64,000 nt of DNA from Ruditapes philippinarum (Eukaryota): the NCBI RefSeq assembly GCF_026571515.1, contig NW_026856059.1, positions 62,001 through 126,000 on the forward strand. Reading direction: 5' to 3'. The number at the start of each line of letters is the position of its first letter. Position 1 is the stretch's first letter. The translations under genes were made by a program, and so were the position numbers. Under the pieces are notes generated by a model. It saw only the letters and a list, made by a program, of their open reading frames with translations. It was not told the DNA's origin and made no database searches. Below are positions 13,110-27,475 of this stretch, one piece after another.

Positions 13110-14980
13110 ATCCTTATCAATCTGCCAGTTGTTTAATTAGTAATTGCCCTTTGATTAAGAAATTCCGCACGGAATCACATCTTGTACATGTTTGTTTATT
13201 ATGCAAATTGTATAAATTTAATGTATACCTCAAAAGTTAAAGTAATGTGAAAGGCTTTCTCAAAATATTCAAAGTTTATATTCTTTGAATACAATATACG
13301 CGACGCGCCATTGCCATTATACAATGGACATCGTGCGAGGTATATATATCCATTTTTCCATACTTTTTCTGTTATTTTCCTTTTGTATTCAAGCCTATAA
13401 ATTATCATACTCACATACTTTTATGAGTATACAGTAATAATAAATCCAGGGTGATATAAAGTTCATAAACATTGAAATGGTTCAAGACAAACATATCGTG
13501 AGAAACGATTTATGTTAAAGGCACAGAAGGGCCTAGAATTGCATAGATATTTCCTTATTTTGAAACGGCCAACATTAATGATATAACGTTGGATACTAAT
13601 TTCTGAGGCATTCTTTGACCATTATTAAGTAATTAAGTAATTGCTTAAAGGCACAGTATATGTCGCAAAATTTCGTGTATATTTATAATTCGTTATAAGT
13701 GGCAAACAAGTGTTTAATAAAGTTTCGACAATGAATTTAGAACATGTTACGTGTTTAACAGGCGAAGAAAGTAGCGATTAAATTGAGTTATGTGCCGTGC
13801 TAACTGTACACATAGTTTTATTTTAACTTCCATACAAAATAATAATTCACTTTATTTAAAGCAATTGCCAACAAAGCTAAAGAACCAAATTTAGTAATAA
13901 GATAACAAAATGTTTTTGAGAAATGCAAATCATAGCATTTCTGAGGCACAATGAGGCATAATGGACCTTTAAGATTGTGTACAGGCTTATTATATATGAT
14001 GAAAGTAATGCTGCATGTGGAGTTTGAATTTGCCATGAAAGTAGCATATGTAAACAATGTAGTATTCTGACTCAAAAAATGAATCACTGTAACTATGCAA
14101 ATTGCCGTTAGGCAACATAAGTAAAATATAATTCAGGTAATTGGTCAAAAAGTAACATTCTAGAAACTATAACAGGACGAAATAACGATTCTCAGAAATA
14201 AGAATAACAGCATTTCTTGTATAAAGGGCCTTTAATAACTAATGTGTAATTTAATATCATGTTCCTGAGATTCAACGCTCTCAACAGGCATCTGGCAGCA
14301 ACTAGATATTGTTGTGAAAACAACATACATGTTAAGTTTTCTACTCATATCTACTGCGTAAAGATATGTTTCAGTATAGAGTATGCAAGATACCGGATTC
14401 TTTCTATGAGGGCATCAAAATATCTAAGATCAAATAAGACAAATCAATGCATTACGGACCGGCTGTAATTTGAAAAAGAGGAAGGTTATAGTCAATACTG
14501 AGTCCATTTATCAAAAGTCACGTGAATAATGATAGAAATTCGTTACACAAATTTATTTACTTTATTATAACACTACAGGAGAGGAACTGTCACACGGGGG
14601 ATTAACTTGTCTGAAGTTATTCTGATAACTGTCATGGAGTTCCTGGAAAACGTTACGGGTTTCGTCGGGAAACTTCTGTTTATACCGAAGAAGTATTTGT
14701 AAAAAAACGGTAATTTTCGAGTTTGACGTGCTAAATTACAAAAACCTAGCTTATGGTAACTGTGAACGGCCGCGACCATCCTCTGCATGAGGTATACTTT
14801 TTTTTTGCTTGACGTTTTCTTTCCTTGCACTGGTGAAAATGTAGAGTAAAAACATCTGTCTGATATGCATGAATTGTTTCTTCTTTGTTATGTTTAATGT
14901 TAGATCTACTTAAATTATTTAACCTGAAATATGTTAACATCCACAATTAATTCAAATGAAGACGTAAAGAATATACATAA

Positions 14981-16178
14981 TGTTACCGTTGTCACTGTTG
15001 AAATGATTTTGTCAGGATCACTTTTAAGGCTACTGAAGTTAAATGGTACGGTAATTTACCATAAAACTTAATCAATGAAAAAGAATATAAACACTTGAAA
15101 ATACCAAAACGCTCAAGTACAGTTAATCTTATTTATTAAGATCTTCTGTTAAATAAATGCATAAAACAGGATAATTAAATACTGTAAAAACATGTAAATT
15201 ATTGCCCTTGGTATAGTTATTGTAGATCTAATGAGTTCGTCAATGTAAAGTTGTAAAAGAAGGGGTTATATGAACGTATTTCGCGTAAATTACAGTTAAA
15301 GTCTTCTAGCGGAATATTTATTTAGCGGAATGTTCAAGTTTTGACGGATTTCCGTTGTTTGGCGGATTTTTAGTTAGGGTTGAGCTACTGTTCAAATAAT
15401 AACCTTGTTAGTCCGTGTTTCACGGTTGGAAAGCTGCTCAACTGAATTGAGCGTCTGTATTTATAGACTTTGGCGTGTTAATTCCGAAATGAAATTGCCC
15501 GCCGCTAAAACATTCAAAAGTACTCTTATCCAATAAGATTCGACAACGGAATTAGTTAACCAATCACAGCGTTCCGCTAAACATAGCACAGTCATGGCTC
15601 ATACGCCGTCAGACAAAAATAGATCCGTCAAGGATCCGCTAAAATGTTATTATTCTTTTATAGAATAATAAAGACATAAAATATCGGCAGATTTTTATAT
15701 AATAGTCACTCTTTTTCCAAAATATGATTATGGTAGTTTCGTTGCATTACAGTACTTTCTCGGAATTTGGCCGGATATGGAACTTATTTCCGCTGAATCC
15801 GTCAGCTAGAAAATGTAAATAATACACACCTTTGTGTTCTAGTGACACTTCTAGTGTACACTTTCTGCATCTATTGTAATGGAATAATAGTTCAGGTATA
15901 TTTCTACATATCTGATCGTTATTATTGTTATTCTTTGGTCAGTTGAGTATCTACGCTCAATTGTCAGGTTATTTCGCGACCCGGATCATGTTCACAAAGT
16001 TCTGAACGATATTTCAATGTTTCTTTAACTCGAATCATTGAATACTTATACTGTTTACTGTTAGATATATAGTTGATAAACAACCACACAAATCACGGAA
16101 ATGACAGAGCAGAATTCAAGTAAAGGAAAGGTAAAATCTCGTCACACTGTCAAATTGTTTACATGTCTATCCATAACA
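14981..16178 (-). repeat. 3' LTR (~1.2 kb) of the Gypsy element
   Basis: TG...CA termini with a 5-bp inverted repeat TGTTA/TAACA, adjacent PPT, and an empty site acataa|tgtatac in unit B (~27336). Confidence 0.75.
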
Positions 16179-16689
16179 CTTCCCCCTCCTTATTTAAAAG
16201 AATATCCTCCTGGATAATGTTACTAATGAAAATGTTTTTACACATGTCATACCAAGGGCTACGAAATTTAAATTAAATTATTTATAAACAATATCAACAA
16301 ACAATATTTTAGAACACCAATGCATTATTTTTCATAAATCTGTCAATAAAAATATCTCTTATAGTTTATGCTCTAGGTTATTTTAAGAGTTTTCTATTAA
16401 AGTCACACAACTGTCACATGTATTTTCTTTCTTTAAAAGATATTTTGTGCACTATGAAATAAATAAAACATTAAGGTTAACAACGAAAACATTTAAAATG
16501 ACACAATGTACATGTAGTAGTACACATCACGCAACACATGACAGTGTAATTTATGTTTTTCACTTTTCACACATTATAACTGGATAAATCATTAAATAAC
16601 ACTTTATTTTGTCTATGGCCACTCATTTAAGTTGTTTTCTAAAGTCATTCACATTAACATTCATCATATTTTGTCGCTTCACTTATTCA

Positions 16690-17185
16690 CATATAACTCA
16701 ATATAACCATCTGATTTCACTTACACTTTTATCTAAATATAACTATCTGAATTTACGTAATCACATATAACTCGATATAACCATCAGATTTCACTTAATC
16801 ACTTTTATCACAATATAACCATCTGATTTTACTTAATCACTTTTATCTCAATATAACCATCTGACTTTACTTAATCACTTTTATCTCAATATAACCATCT
16901 GACTTCACTTAATCACTTTTATCTCAATATAACCATCTGACTTCACTTAATCACTTTTATCACAATATAACCATCTGATTTCACTTAATCACTTTTATCT
17001 CAATATAACCATCTGACTTTACTTAATCACTTTTATCTCAATATAACCATCTGACTTTACTTAATCACTTTTATCACAATATAACCATCTGATTTCACTT
17101 AATCACTTTTATCTCAATATAACCATCTGACTTCATTTAACCAAATATAGCTCAATATAACAGTCTGACTTCACTTTATCACATA
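16690..17185. repeat. 38-bp minisatellite in the Gypsy 3' non-coding region
   Basis: Unit aatataaccatctgacttttacttaatcacttttatctc-like, period 38 (16812 to 16850), about 10-12 copies. Confidence 0.9.
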
Positions 17186-17340
17186 TAACACTTGTCACAC
17201 ACTTCACAATGTTCATGTATTAAATAGCTTTAGAATGAATTTTATAAATCTCATAACATTACTCATCACAAAAACAAAACATGTAGAATTTTCACTTCAA
17301 CAATGATTTTTTTTGTATACATTTAATTAATTTCACTCTG

Positions 17341-18441
17341 TTAATCACTGTTTTGGGAACTGACTACTTCCTTCTTTATCCACATGGGGATATTCTTACC
17401 CGAATATGGCCACAATCTGTCAATGTGATAGGCTTTTGCTTTTTGTTTGCTGGAACGTTTAACACAACATATCAAATCATCAAGAACACTTGTAATTATG
17501 TAGGGACCTTTCCATTTATTGATCAATTTTGAACATATTCCCTTCTTTCTTGTTGGGTCATGTAGCCATACTAATTGACCTTTATGATATCGTCTTTGTT
17601 TGGCATTTGTATCATAATGTCTCTTTTGATAATTTGCGACACGACCAATATTTTGTCGTGCAAATTGATGAATTTGACTAATTTTATGTTTCAGCATATC
17701 TGTATAACTGTCACTATCATATTGATCTGTGTTTTGTTCAGGGATTCCCACTACTGCATTTAAAGGTAGTGTTACTTCACGACCAAATAACATTTTATTT
17801 GGTGATACTTTAGTTGAGCTGTGCTCAGAACTTCGGTAGGCCATCATCACCAATGGTAGGTAATCATCCCAACTTGACTGATCTTTCGAACAGTATGCGG
17901 CTAACATGGATAGTATCGTACGGTTACTTCTTTCTATAAGGCCATTGGCTTGTGGTCTTAGACTTGTTGTACGCGTCTTTTCTATACCAAGGAAATCGCA
18001 AAGCTCCATTATCAATTGCGACTCAAAGTTTCTGCCTTGATCTGTGTACAATTGTAGTGGTACACCAAACCTTACAACAAAATTATTTACAAATGCTTCA
18101 GCAACAGTTCTAGCATCCTGGTTTGGTATTGGGACACTTTCGGTCCATTTTGTGAACCAGTCTGCAATTACTAATATATATTTGTTTCCATTTTTAGAAA
18201 CCGGAAGTGGACCTAAAATATCCATGGCAACACTTTCCATAGGCATGCCTACAATATACTGTCCTAATGGTGCTTTATTATTTTCTTTTGACAATTTTCG
18301 TGCTGTGCATGTATCACAGGCCTTACAATACAGCTTAATACTATCTGCAACACCAGGCCAGTAGAAACCTTGTCTGACCTTATATAATGTCTTTTCAAAC
18401 CCAAGATGTCCAGATGACGGAATATCATGGGCTAAAGTCAC
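17341..18441 (-). CDS. Gypsy pol integrase region (truncated; 366 aa)
   Basis: Zinc-binding H..H..C..C motif (AHD..SGHLG..CKACDTC), rve core (MDILGP..D..FTKW..TDQGRNFES..QANGLIERSNRT) and a C-terminal WKGPY (GPY/F) module. Confidence 0.92.
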   Translation of the reverse strand: MTLAHDIPSSGHLGFEKTLYKVRQGFYWPGVADSIKLYCKACDTCTARKLSKENNKAPLGQYIVGMPMESVAMDILGPLPVSKNGNKYILVIADWFTKWTESVPIPNQDARTVAEAFVNNFVVRFGVPLQLYTDQGRNFESQLIMELCDFLGIEKTRTTSLRPQANGLIERSNRTILSMLAAYCSKDQSSWDDYLPLVMMAYRSSEHSSTKVSPNKMLFGREVTLPLNAVVGIPEQNTDQYDSDSYTDMLKHKISQIHQFARQNIGRVANYQKRHYDTNAKQRRYHKGQLVWLHDPTRKKGICSKLINKWKGPYIITSVLDDLICCVKRSSKQKAKAYHIDRLWPYSGKNIPMWIKKEVVSSQNSD

Positions 18442-19620
18442 ACATATTGCCTGTCAAATCTTATAATGCGCTGCCCTTCATAAAAACCTAAAAAAACAGG
18501 CACTCTTTAAAATAAAAATAAAAACAATCGTTCGGAGTTTAACTTTGATATTTTCAAATTAATGAAAATATGAAACCGTATAGTATTTATTTAGTTATTT
18601 TTCTCTTATTCATCTTCATATTTGCGTATCTATTTACCTTTTCTTTATTTTTTGTTTTTTTTTAAATTGGATTTGGTACTTTTAAATGGATACAAGGGGG
18701 TTTTTACCCCAAAGTATGGCTTTTTCCGTAAAAATTGGGTCTAGGGGAGAAAAACCAAAAATTTCAAAAAGCCTTGGTTTAAAAATTAAAATCAACAAAA
18801 ACCCGCCCCGAAGGTAGGTTTTAAAAAAATTTACGGGCATCTACCCCAGAGAGATGTTCCCCAATGAATAAAAACTTTTAAAAACAAGCAAGTATAAAAA
18901 AACCCCCTTTAAACTGAGAGCGAATTTTTTGGGAAAACTTTCCCACAAGACTTTATCAAGACGATTACAAATTAAAACATTTCATATATAAATTTCCTAG
19001 TAAATGTGCAAACACTTGTTGTAAGTGCTTATCTCCACATACTTCCTGTCATAAATATCAGAAAACGTAAATTTCTACTGAAATAATGCACTCCCTTTTA
19101 ATTTAAATCGTGAAGATGAAATCGTGATTTCCGGAAGTTGAAATCGTGAATTCCGTATATTGAAAACTTGAAATCAAGAAGTTAAAATTGTGATTCACAA
19201 ACTTCAAGATGAAATTGGGAATTTATGAAGTTGAAATGTTCATAGCGGTCTATCGTGAAAGTGGCATGCCAGTACCATGCCCGTCATTTACTAGTCCAAA
19301 TAAAAAAGGATTGTAAATGGATATTTTAGGGACTGATAAAAGCTGGTTTCAGGGTTACAGTCTCAAACATGTGTGGGTAGAATTTTAATTTTTCTATTAT
19401 GTTTTTAAAGAAAACAGCCATATCGCATTATAACTGCAATAACAAAGAAATTTTTTTAATGTAACTAAAAACATTACGGTGGACAGGGCTTCTATATGTA
19501 TGGTCGGTATGTCCAAACCACAGGATATTTCAGGCCCTAAAGATTAATATAATTAAGTTGTGTTCATAATTATTAAAAGTCTTACTAATTTTAATCGAGG
19601 AATGAGAAGTTATCTTTTGT

Positions 19621-20004
19621 TTGTATCATAGTTTGGGGACCTTTCTGTTGAAAATGTGTCAGTGTTAAATCGTATACATATACATGCACAGTGCGTTAAC
19701 TGGAGTGCGTGTATTAGTTACCCGCACTCCAGAGCATGCCCATTGATTGGCTCATTTTTGCTGGGGTTTACATATTGTGACGGCAGAGAAAGGGAAAGCG
19801 ACAGAAATGTCATATTCAGATGTTCGTTCATTGGTTCATTTTTGACGGGGTTTCATATTGTGACAACAGGGAACGTGCTTTTATGTTTGACTATGATACA
19901 AAAGAGAAAGAACACCAAAACACTCGGCAATCTGATTAATACTCGGGGGCTACGCCCCCTCGTACAAATCAGATAGCCTCGTATTTCGATGCTCTTTCTA
20001 TTAC
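19621..20004. mobile_element. Non-autonomous hairpin-bearing insertion specific to unit B (superfamily uncertain)
   Basis: Absent from unit A (empty site tatcttttgt|taaccacaaatgcc at ~7571). It has the inverted pair ttgtatcatagt/actatgatacaa and a ~95-bp imperfect terminal hairpin centred on gggggctacgccccc. Confidence 0.75.
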
Positions 20005-20486
20005 TAAGCACAAATGCCGATGGTCATATTTTTAAATGGCGTATATGAAAATTATAGACAAAGAAGTTTGTATTTTTACATAACGTCATTCAAGCCTCTA
20101 CTAACGAGGAGTCGTTTAAGGCAGGTTAAAGTGACATAATGCTCATATTTTCATGGTCAATTTGAGCTGAATTGACTTTATGTTTGAAAAGAATGACTGT
20201 TAAAATGGTGTTTGACCAACAGTTGATATTGGAAAATGTTTAGGATGAAATTATAAATCTGTCTAAAATTTAAACAGACTGCCCAACTCTTTTTATAAAC
20301 TATTCGTTTTAGGTAGATCCTAAAGGATAACTACAGAAATTTCGTTTGGATCTGTGATTGTTTATGCGAATTTAATTATTAAATTAAAAGGAATTATGGC
20401 AAAATGAAACTTATTTTGACTTTCACCCGTTCAATCACTATATACCCTTGGATGGGCATAATGTCAAATTATTATTATTATTATTA

Positions 20487-20530
<44 letters not shown>

Positions 20531-22316
20531 TCTACAAGCATTGCATACATTTGTTTCAGTACCGTATAGTCATGGACTATTTATTTCAATACTTATTCCT
20601 TCTAGTTATTAAAAATAATTATATATAACTTTTTTACTATCACCACATTTGATTAATTACATAAGAAATTTATGTGAAAAAAACAACAACAACAAAAAAA
20701 AACATCATCAACAAAAGAAAAACACCTTGAATTGAACTGATACAGTACTGTGTTTAAAGAGCATACCGAAAACTAATTTGTTTTTTTAAAGGGCGACAAC
20801 TGATGTATTCTTTGTTGTAATTGTATAGGCAGATTTGCTGTTCTTTTTATTCAACTTGGTTCACACAAAAAATTTTCAATTTACATTGTTACTTTTGTTA
20901 CACGCAGATATCGTTCACATTTGATTTTGTTCGGGGAAATGTAGAAAATATTCAACAAAATCGATGTTTAAGTATATAAGTAAATTTTGCTACCCATATG
21001 TATCTTTTTACTTCGCTATTTGATGTCATAATTGTACATAAATACCAACTTCGAGATAGTTTTCTTGCAATAATGAATAATTTATTGATAGTATGTTTGT
21101 TGTAAAACGTGGTATTGCTTTCCATATTGCATGATGATGATGATTAAAATGATGATTATGATGATGATTTTATTTATAAAGAAACATATCCAATTAAGGC
21201 ATTCACAGAAAATCATGAGTCGCGGGCATCATCAACAGAGTGAAGATTACAAATAATGGGGCATAAAAAATCAGTGACTTTGTACTTGCAGACATTTCAT
21301 GATATGATTTATTTTCTCTATAGCTATTTATATTTGTATACAATTTATAGTAGCATACTAAACATATCTTATTTGACATAAAGGTGTCACTAAAAGTTTA
21401 AACGCAATATGCTATGACTGGATAAATGTTTATTTTGCAATAGAATTGTTTATAGTCAAACACAGTCAGCAGGCAAGCTAAAAGTGTTCAAGATTAAATA
21501 TGAAAAGTCAAATTTGCTTATACACGTTCTATTTCTAATATAAACTGAGATAATACTTACGTTATTTTGCCGAACGAAGGAAAAGATTGGTTTGATTGGC
21601 TCCTTGTATTACATTGACGCAATATTAGCCAAACGTCAAGCAGTACGTAACAGTATATTAAGTTCTCACATATATGTTATATGATTTTTTTTTGTAGCTT
21701 TTATAAGTCTTGACATTGAGACTGACGGCGGACATTAACTTGAAAATATAATCATATAATAAAGCAATATATATTTTGTAATTCGTTGTATGTATTTTCA
21801 AATCGAATGTACAATTCAATGATTACAGTTTCTATAGCAACGTGTTTGAATACATTAATAACATGTCAGGATCATTAGAAGTAAAGCGTCATCATCCATG
21901 TACTATTTTCTTAGTAGTATTACAAAGGAAGTAATTTAAACTGCTTTTATTCACCTTTTTGAAATTCGAATAGCGCATAATGATAGATATGTGAGTAACT
22001 TTATCAAAAATGTAAGGCAAATGAGCAAGCCATTAAAATTTAATGTTTTGCCGTTACTCTAGATTGTAACATGTAATGACTGTTCTATTGCGGTTTGCCG
22101 TATACAACAACGTATTTGTTAAAATGCGCATAAAGAACTTAACAAAGGGACTTATTTCTAAAAGGTAGTAAATGAGAACACCGTACCTTTTTCTTAAAAG
22201 CATGTTCTAATTTGAATTTTAAAAAGAACGATTAGATTTTCAAAACCGGTAAGTGATAAGTTTTCTCTAAATAAAACATGCATCTACCTATTAAATGATT
22301 GCTACGTTATTATATT

Positions 22317-23774
22317 TTATTTAGAGCAGACAGCACATGTCAGCTCACGTCCATTAACGTATGGTGGGCATCGTAATGATCCACAGCGTGCTTCAGCAAA
22401 ATAGAACAGTTTTCCATCTTTACTCGCGTGTCCGCCTTCCACTACCTCCGGTTGCGCATCAAGACAAACGAATTCAGCAGCATGATGTGTATCATGTCCG
22501 CCCGACAGGTAGCCTTCATATTCCAATGTCCATCCATCATAGCATTTATTCCGGCCTGGGACCAATAGAACGCTTGCCTTGTTCGTACGACATACACAAC
22601 ATGGAACGTCATGATTAACCAGTTCTTTTCCAAAGAAATTATTCATATTTCTACCATACAATTCATCATATTCTGCTCCCCAGACTGTGCCTGCGTCCTG
22701 CTCAGCGTCTTCGTATACATTCCACAACGGTTCTTCCGGTAGACATAAATAGTTGGCGGAAGCTCCTTTATTACTATAATGGGAACCACCAGCGTAACCT
22801 TTGTAAACCAACTCTGTTCCATTTTCTGGACATTGTGTTCTTCCCCATCTCACATACGTATTTCCCGTTCCGGCTAGTGAATTCAAACTTTCAATTGTTC
22901 TCACTTTATCCTCAATGGTTTTCAACACGGACTTGTCCTGATTGCTCTCATCTGTAATATAGTATATGCAGTTCTTAATTTAGTGTTCTATAAATTATAC
23001 TTCCAATAATACTTTAAATATGTGGTTCGGGAGATTATTAAGAAAAGATACCCTGAATCTGTAATCATGCTAGCCGTTTAAAAAGTGATAAAGAATGACT
23101 CATTCCCATAATTATACTAATACACAATCTTATGAAAGAAAGCATTGCACTAGTTATATGATGGTTTAGGAAATAAGAGTAAATGATTTATAACTAGTCC
23201 TTTTTGTTTAGACAATAAATATCAAAGAAGAATAGTAAAAATGCTGTAAATGTTCTTTAAGCTTAGGCGTGTGTGCTAAAAAAAAACGCCAACGTAAATT
23301 GCTCAGTGTGATTCAGTATGCGCTTTAAAAATGACGAAAAATACATGTTCGATATCATCGACTTTAGCGGAATCCTCAATCTTAAAAATATTAGATTTAA
23401 TGACTTTAAAGATATAAAATACAATGTCATAACACTGTTCACAAATTATAATTTGGAAACAAAGTAGATATAAAATTAGAGTCGAAATAATTCATTAAGA
23501 ATATATATCAAATGTCAGTTATGTCAGATCATATATACCTATCTTATATAATTGTTAACACATTACCTTTCTGTTTAGAAAGCGCCGCTTTAATTTCCTC
23601 CAACATGGTTTTAGTATTTCTTTGTTCAATTTCTAACATTATCATTTTCTGTAACATTTTGTGGTCATAGTCAAATCGTGAAGTACATACTGGTTCTTCT
23701 TGGTTTGCAAAAGCTATTCCTACAAACAACACAAGAATAAGTACAATACGTAAATACAAATTTACACAATTCAT
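22317..23774 (-). CDS. Secreted C4/spongin-like domain protein, copy 4 (exons 23774-23567, 22951-22317; 280 aa)
   Basis: Same exon structure and splice sites as copy 3; intact ORF with a one-codon insertion (GAEYDELYG). Confidence 0.92.
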
Positions 23775-24047
23775 TTTGCTTGCAATTTTGCTTCCAGTTA
23801 GCAACGTTTACTCTTTACAAGTAAAAGAAAAAAGGCCACAGGAACAGCTTTACTGTAAAAGTAAACTCCTTGATATTTGCGAATCTATTTTTTTTTATTT
23901 CATGCGTCACATTAATTAGATGCATATGCTTCAATGTAATGAATCCTTTACTTTGTTAAAAAGCACTTATATATTGATGTCCATACAAAGTTCGATTAAC
24001 GTTGGCATCAATGCTTACACTCATTGAGAAATATTTGACATTGAATA

Positions 24048-25490
24048 GCATTGTCGTACCAAAAATGTCACGGAACGTATGTGTCACACGTGTGACATAT
24101 TCGGTCGAATATAATAAGCATTTTACGAAATCTCGTATATCATTAATGCAATTTATTAGAAGGGAGACAACCCTGGTATGTCATTAAGTTTTCATATTTT
24201 ATACTATTCATCTCCCTTTACAAGTCAGGTGTCTTCTTTAAAATTTTGCTTTGAGTTTATTTCCATCATAAAGTTTAGTTTAAAAACTTATAAATTATGA
24301 ATGCATGTTTTACATTGTTTGTGAATATCTTGTTTATGTTAACGTCATATTGAAAGTTTTGTAATGATTATATTATAGCAGTTGTTTGTGAATTTCTCTT
24401 CTTCAACCCGAAGCACATGGTTTTCTAGGAACAAAATGGCTGCCATATTGCAATATTCTGACGATAAAGTTATTCAATTTTCTTTTGTTTCGAATGACTT
24501 ATTTTGTTTGTATAGTTGCTACTTCATCAAATCAATCTAAATGTATAGTTAGTCTAAATGTAAACAATATCATAAACAGCTGCTTGCATTAACAGTCATG
24601 TTACAGTCATGTGACCAAAAATGTCATAGGCGACCTTAGCTTTAGTACTGTTTTGGCTACATGCGACACAAGTATAAATTGCAAATTTATTGAAGGACAC
24701 TAACTCTGGCATTGCTGCGGGAATCAACAGGTGAACAACTCGCACGGATAAGTAAGAAGTTTAAATTCTCTCTCCCCCTCAGAGTTGGGGGCAAAAAAAT
24801 GGATATTTTATCTTCGAGTCAATAAATATTTATGTCCAAAATATTTAACTAAGCCAATTACTGTGTATCGACACAGTGTCATCTTACTGGGAAGGCCTTA
24901 ATCTTATATTGTAAGAACTTGTTGCCCAACCCATGTGCATTTTTATATACTCATTTTTTGTATAATATGTTTGTAAACATGTATTTAATGCAATCACAGA
25001 TGTTTAAATGAATAAAAATCTTACTGGTAAAATGATAAGCAGGGCGGCGTCGACAAATTTATAAAAACAGATATATTGCTGATTAACGATGACGATGATG
25101 ATGTATCATNNNNNNNNNNNNNNNNNNNNNNNNNNNNNNNNNNNNNNNNNNNNNNNNNNNNNNNNNNNNNNNNNNNNNNNNNNNNNNNNNNNNNNNNNNN
25201 NNNNNNNNNNNNNNNNNNNNNNNNNNNNNNNNNNNNNNNNNNNNNNNNNNNNNNNNNNNNNNNNNNNNNNNNNNNNNNNNNNNNNNNNNNNNNNNNNNNN
25301 NNNNTGTAGGCAGGTTAAAACGTCGATGATAATGTTAGTTTACTGTGTAAAATGTTTGACATATACAACCAGGCATTTACTTCCAAATTGTAGAAACGTT
25401 TATGGCACATAAAGATAGCTGTGATTTATTCGGCCGAATATGTCCCACACGTGTGATATACGCTCCGTGACATATACGGTCCGGCTTAGC
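24048..25490. mobile_element. TIR element, unit B copy
   Basis: Same terminal inverted repeats as 11655-13109. Confidence 0.6.
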
Positions 25491-27364
25491 ATCCTTATCA
25501 ATCTGCCAGTTGTTTAATTAGTAATTGCCCTTTAATTAAGAAATTCCGCACGGACTCACATCTTGTACATGTTTGTTTATTATGCAAATTGTATAAATTC
25601 AATGTATACCTCAAAAGTTAAAGTAATGTGAAAGGCTTCCTCAAAATATTTCAAAGTTTATATTCTTTGAATACACTATACGCCACGCGCTATTGCCATT
25701 ATAAAATGGACATCGTGCAAGGTATATATATCCAATTTTCCAATTTTTTTTCTGTTATTTTCTTTTTGTATTTCAAGCCTATAAATTATCATACTCACAT
25801 ACTTTTATGAGTATACAGTAATAATAAATCCAGGGTGATATAAAGTTCATAAACATTGAAAACATATTATCGTGAGAAAGATTTATGTTAAAGACACAGA
25901 AGGGCCCAGAATTGCATAGATATAACGGCCAACATTAATGATATAAGTTGGATTTAAATTTCTGGGGCATAAGGTGCTTCTTTGACCATTATTAAGTAAT
26001 TGCTTAAAGGCAGAGTATGTCGAAAAATTCCGTGTATATTTGTAATTCGTTATATAAATGGCAAACAAGTGTTTTATAAAGTTTTAACAATAAATTTAGA
26101 ACATGATACATGTTTAACAGACGAAGAAAATAGCAATGAAATTGAGTTATGTGTCGTGGTGGCAGCTGACTGTACACACAGTTTTATTTTAACTTCCATA
26201 CAAAATAATAATTCTCTGTATTTAAAGCAATTGCCAACAAATTTAGTAATAATATAACAAAATAAAAAGTTTTTGAGAAATACAAATGATAGCATTTCTG
26301 AGGCATAATGAGGCAAAATGAATCTTTAAGATTTTGTACAGGCTTATTATACGAAGCAAAAATGCTGCATGTGGAGTTTGAATTTGCCATGACAGTAGCA
26401 TATGTAAACAAAGTAGTATTCTGACTCAAATAATGAATCACTGTTACTGTGCAAATTGCCATTAGGAAACATAAGTAAAAGATTATTCAGGTAATTGGTC
26501 AAAAAGTAACATTCTGGAAACTATTACAGGACGAAATAACGATTCTCAGAAATAAGAATAACAGCATTTCTTGTATAAAGGGCCTTTAATAACTAATGTG
26601 TAATTTAATATCATTTTCCTGAGATTCAACGCTCTCAACAGGCATCTGGCAGCAACTAGATATTGTTGTGAAAACAACATACATGCTATGTTTTCCACTC
26701 ATATCTACTGCGTAAAGATAGGTTTCAGTATAGAGTATGCAAGATACCGGGTTCTTTCTATGAGGGCATCAAAATATCTAAGATCAAATAAGACAAATCA
26801 AGGCATTACGGACTGGCTGTAATTTGAAAAAGAGAAAAGTTAAATATTCAATATTGAGTTCATTTATCAAAAGTCACGTGATTAATGATAGAGATTCGTT
26901 ACACATATTCATTGATTTTATTATAACCCCACGAGAGAGGAACTGTTGCACGGGGGACTAACTTGTCAGAAGTTTTTCTGATAACTGTCATGGAAACCGT
27001 TACGGATTTCGTCGGGAAACTTTTGTTTATACCGAAGAAACATTCGTCTAAAACGGTAATTTTCACCTTAAAAAAAGGGGTTTGGTGTGCTTTATTAAAC
27101 TAAGATATACGAAAACCTAGCTTATGGTAACTGTGAACGGCCGCGACCATCCTCTTCATGAGGTATAAGACGTTTTCTTTCTAGCACTTGTGAAATTGTA
27201 GAGTAAAAACATCTGTCTAATATGCATGAATTGTTCCTCTTTCTTATGTTTAATGTTAGATCCACTTAAATTGTTTAACCTGAAATATGTTAACATGCGC
27301 AATTAATTCAAATAAAGACGTAAAGAAGATACATAATGTATACGACTTACTTTGATGCATGGTT

Positions 27365-27475
27365 AATCGAAGATTAATGTTCTTACTCTCAATTAATCAT
27401 GAACTTGATTATTGCCATAATCGAAGATTAATGTCCTTACTCTCAATTAATCATGAACTTGGTCATTGCCATAAT
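27365..27475. repeat. Local 54-bp tandem duplication
   Basis: aatcgaagattaatgt.cttactctcaattaatcatgaacttg...attgccat occurs twice here and once at ~34720 in unit C. Confidence 0.8.

Larger units (their letters stand above)
6900..14980. repeat. Segmental duplication unit A (contains copy 3)
   Basis: Colinear and highly similar to ~18950-27340 (e.g. gactttatcaagacgattacaaattaaaac at ~6902 and ~18950), including non-coding flanks. Confidence 0.9.
14981..18441 (-). mobile_element. 5'-truncated Ty3/Gypsy LTR retrotransposon (integrase, 3' region, PPT, 3' LTR)
   Basis: Integrase ORF 18441-17341; polypurine tract AGGAGGGGGAAG directly before an LTR that starts TGTTA at 16178 and ends TAACA at 14981. 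Similarity of unit A to unit B stops exactly at 14980. Confidence 0.88.
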
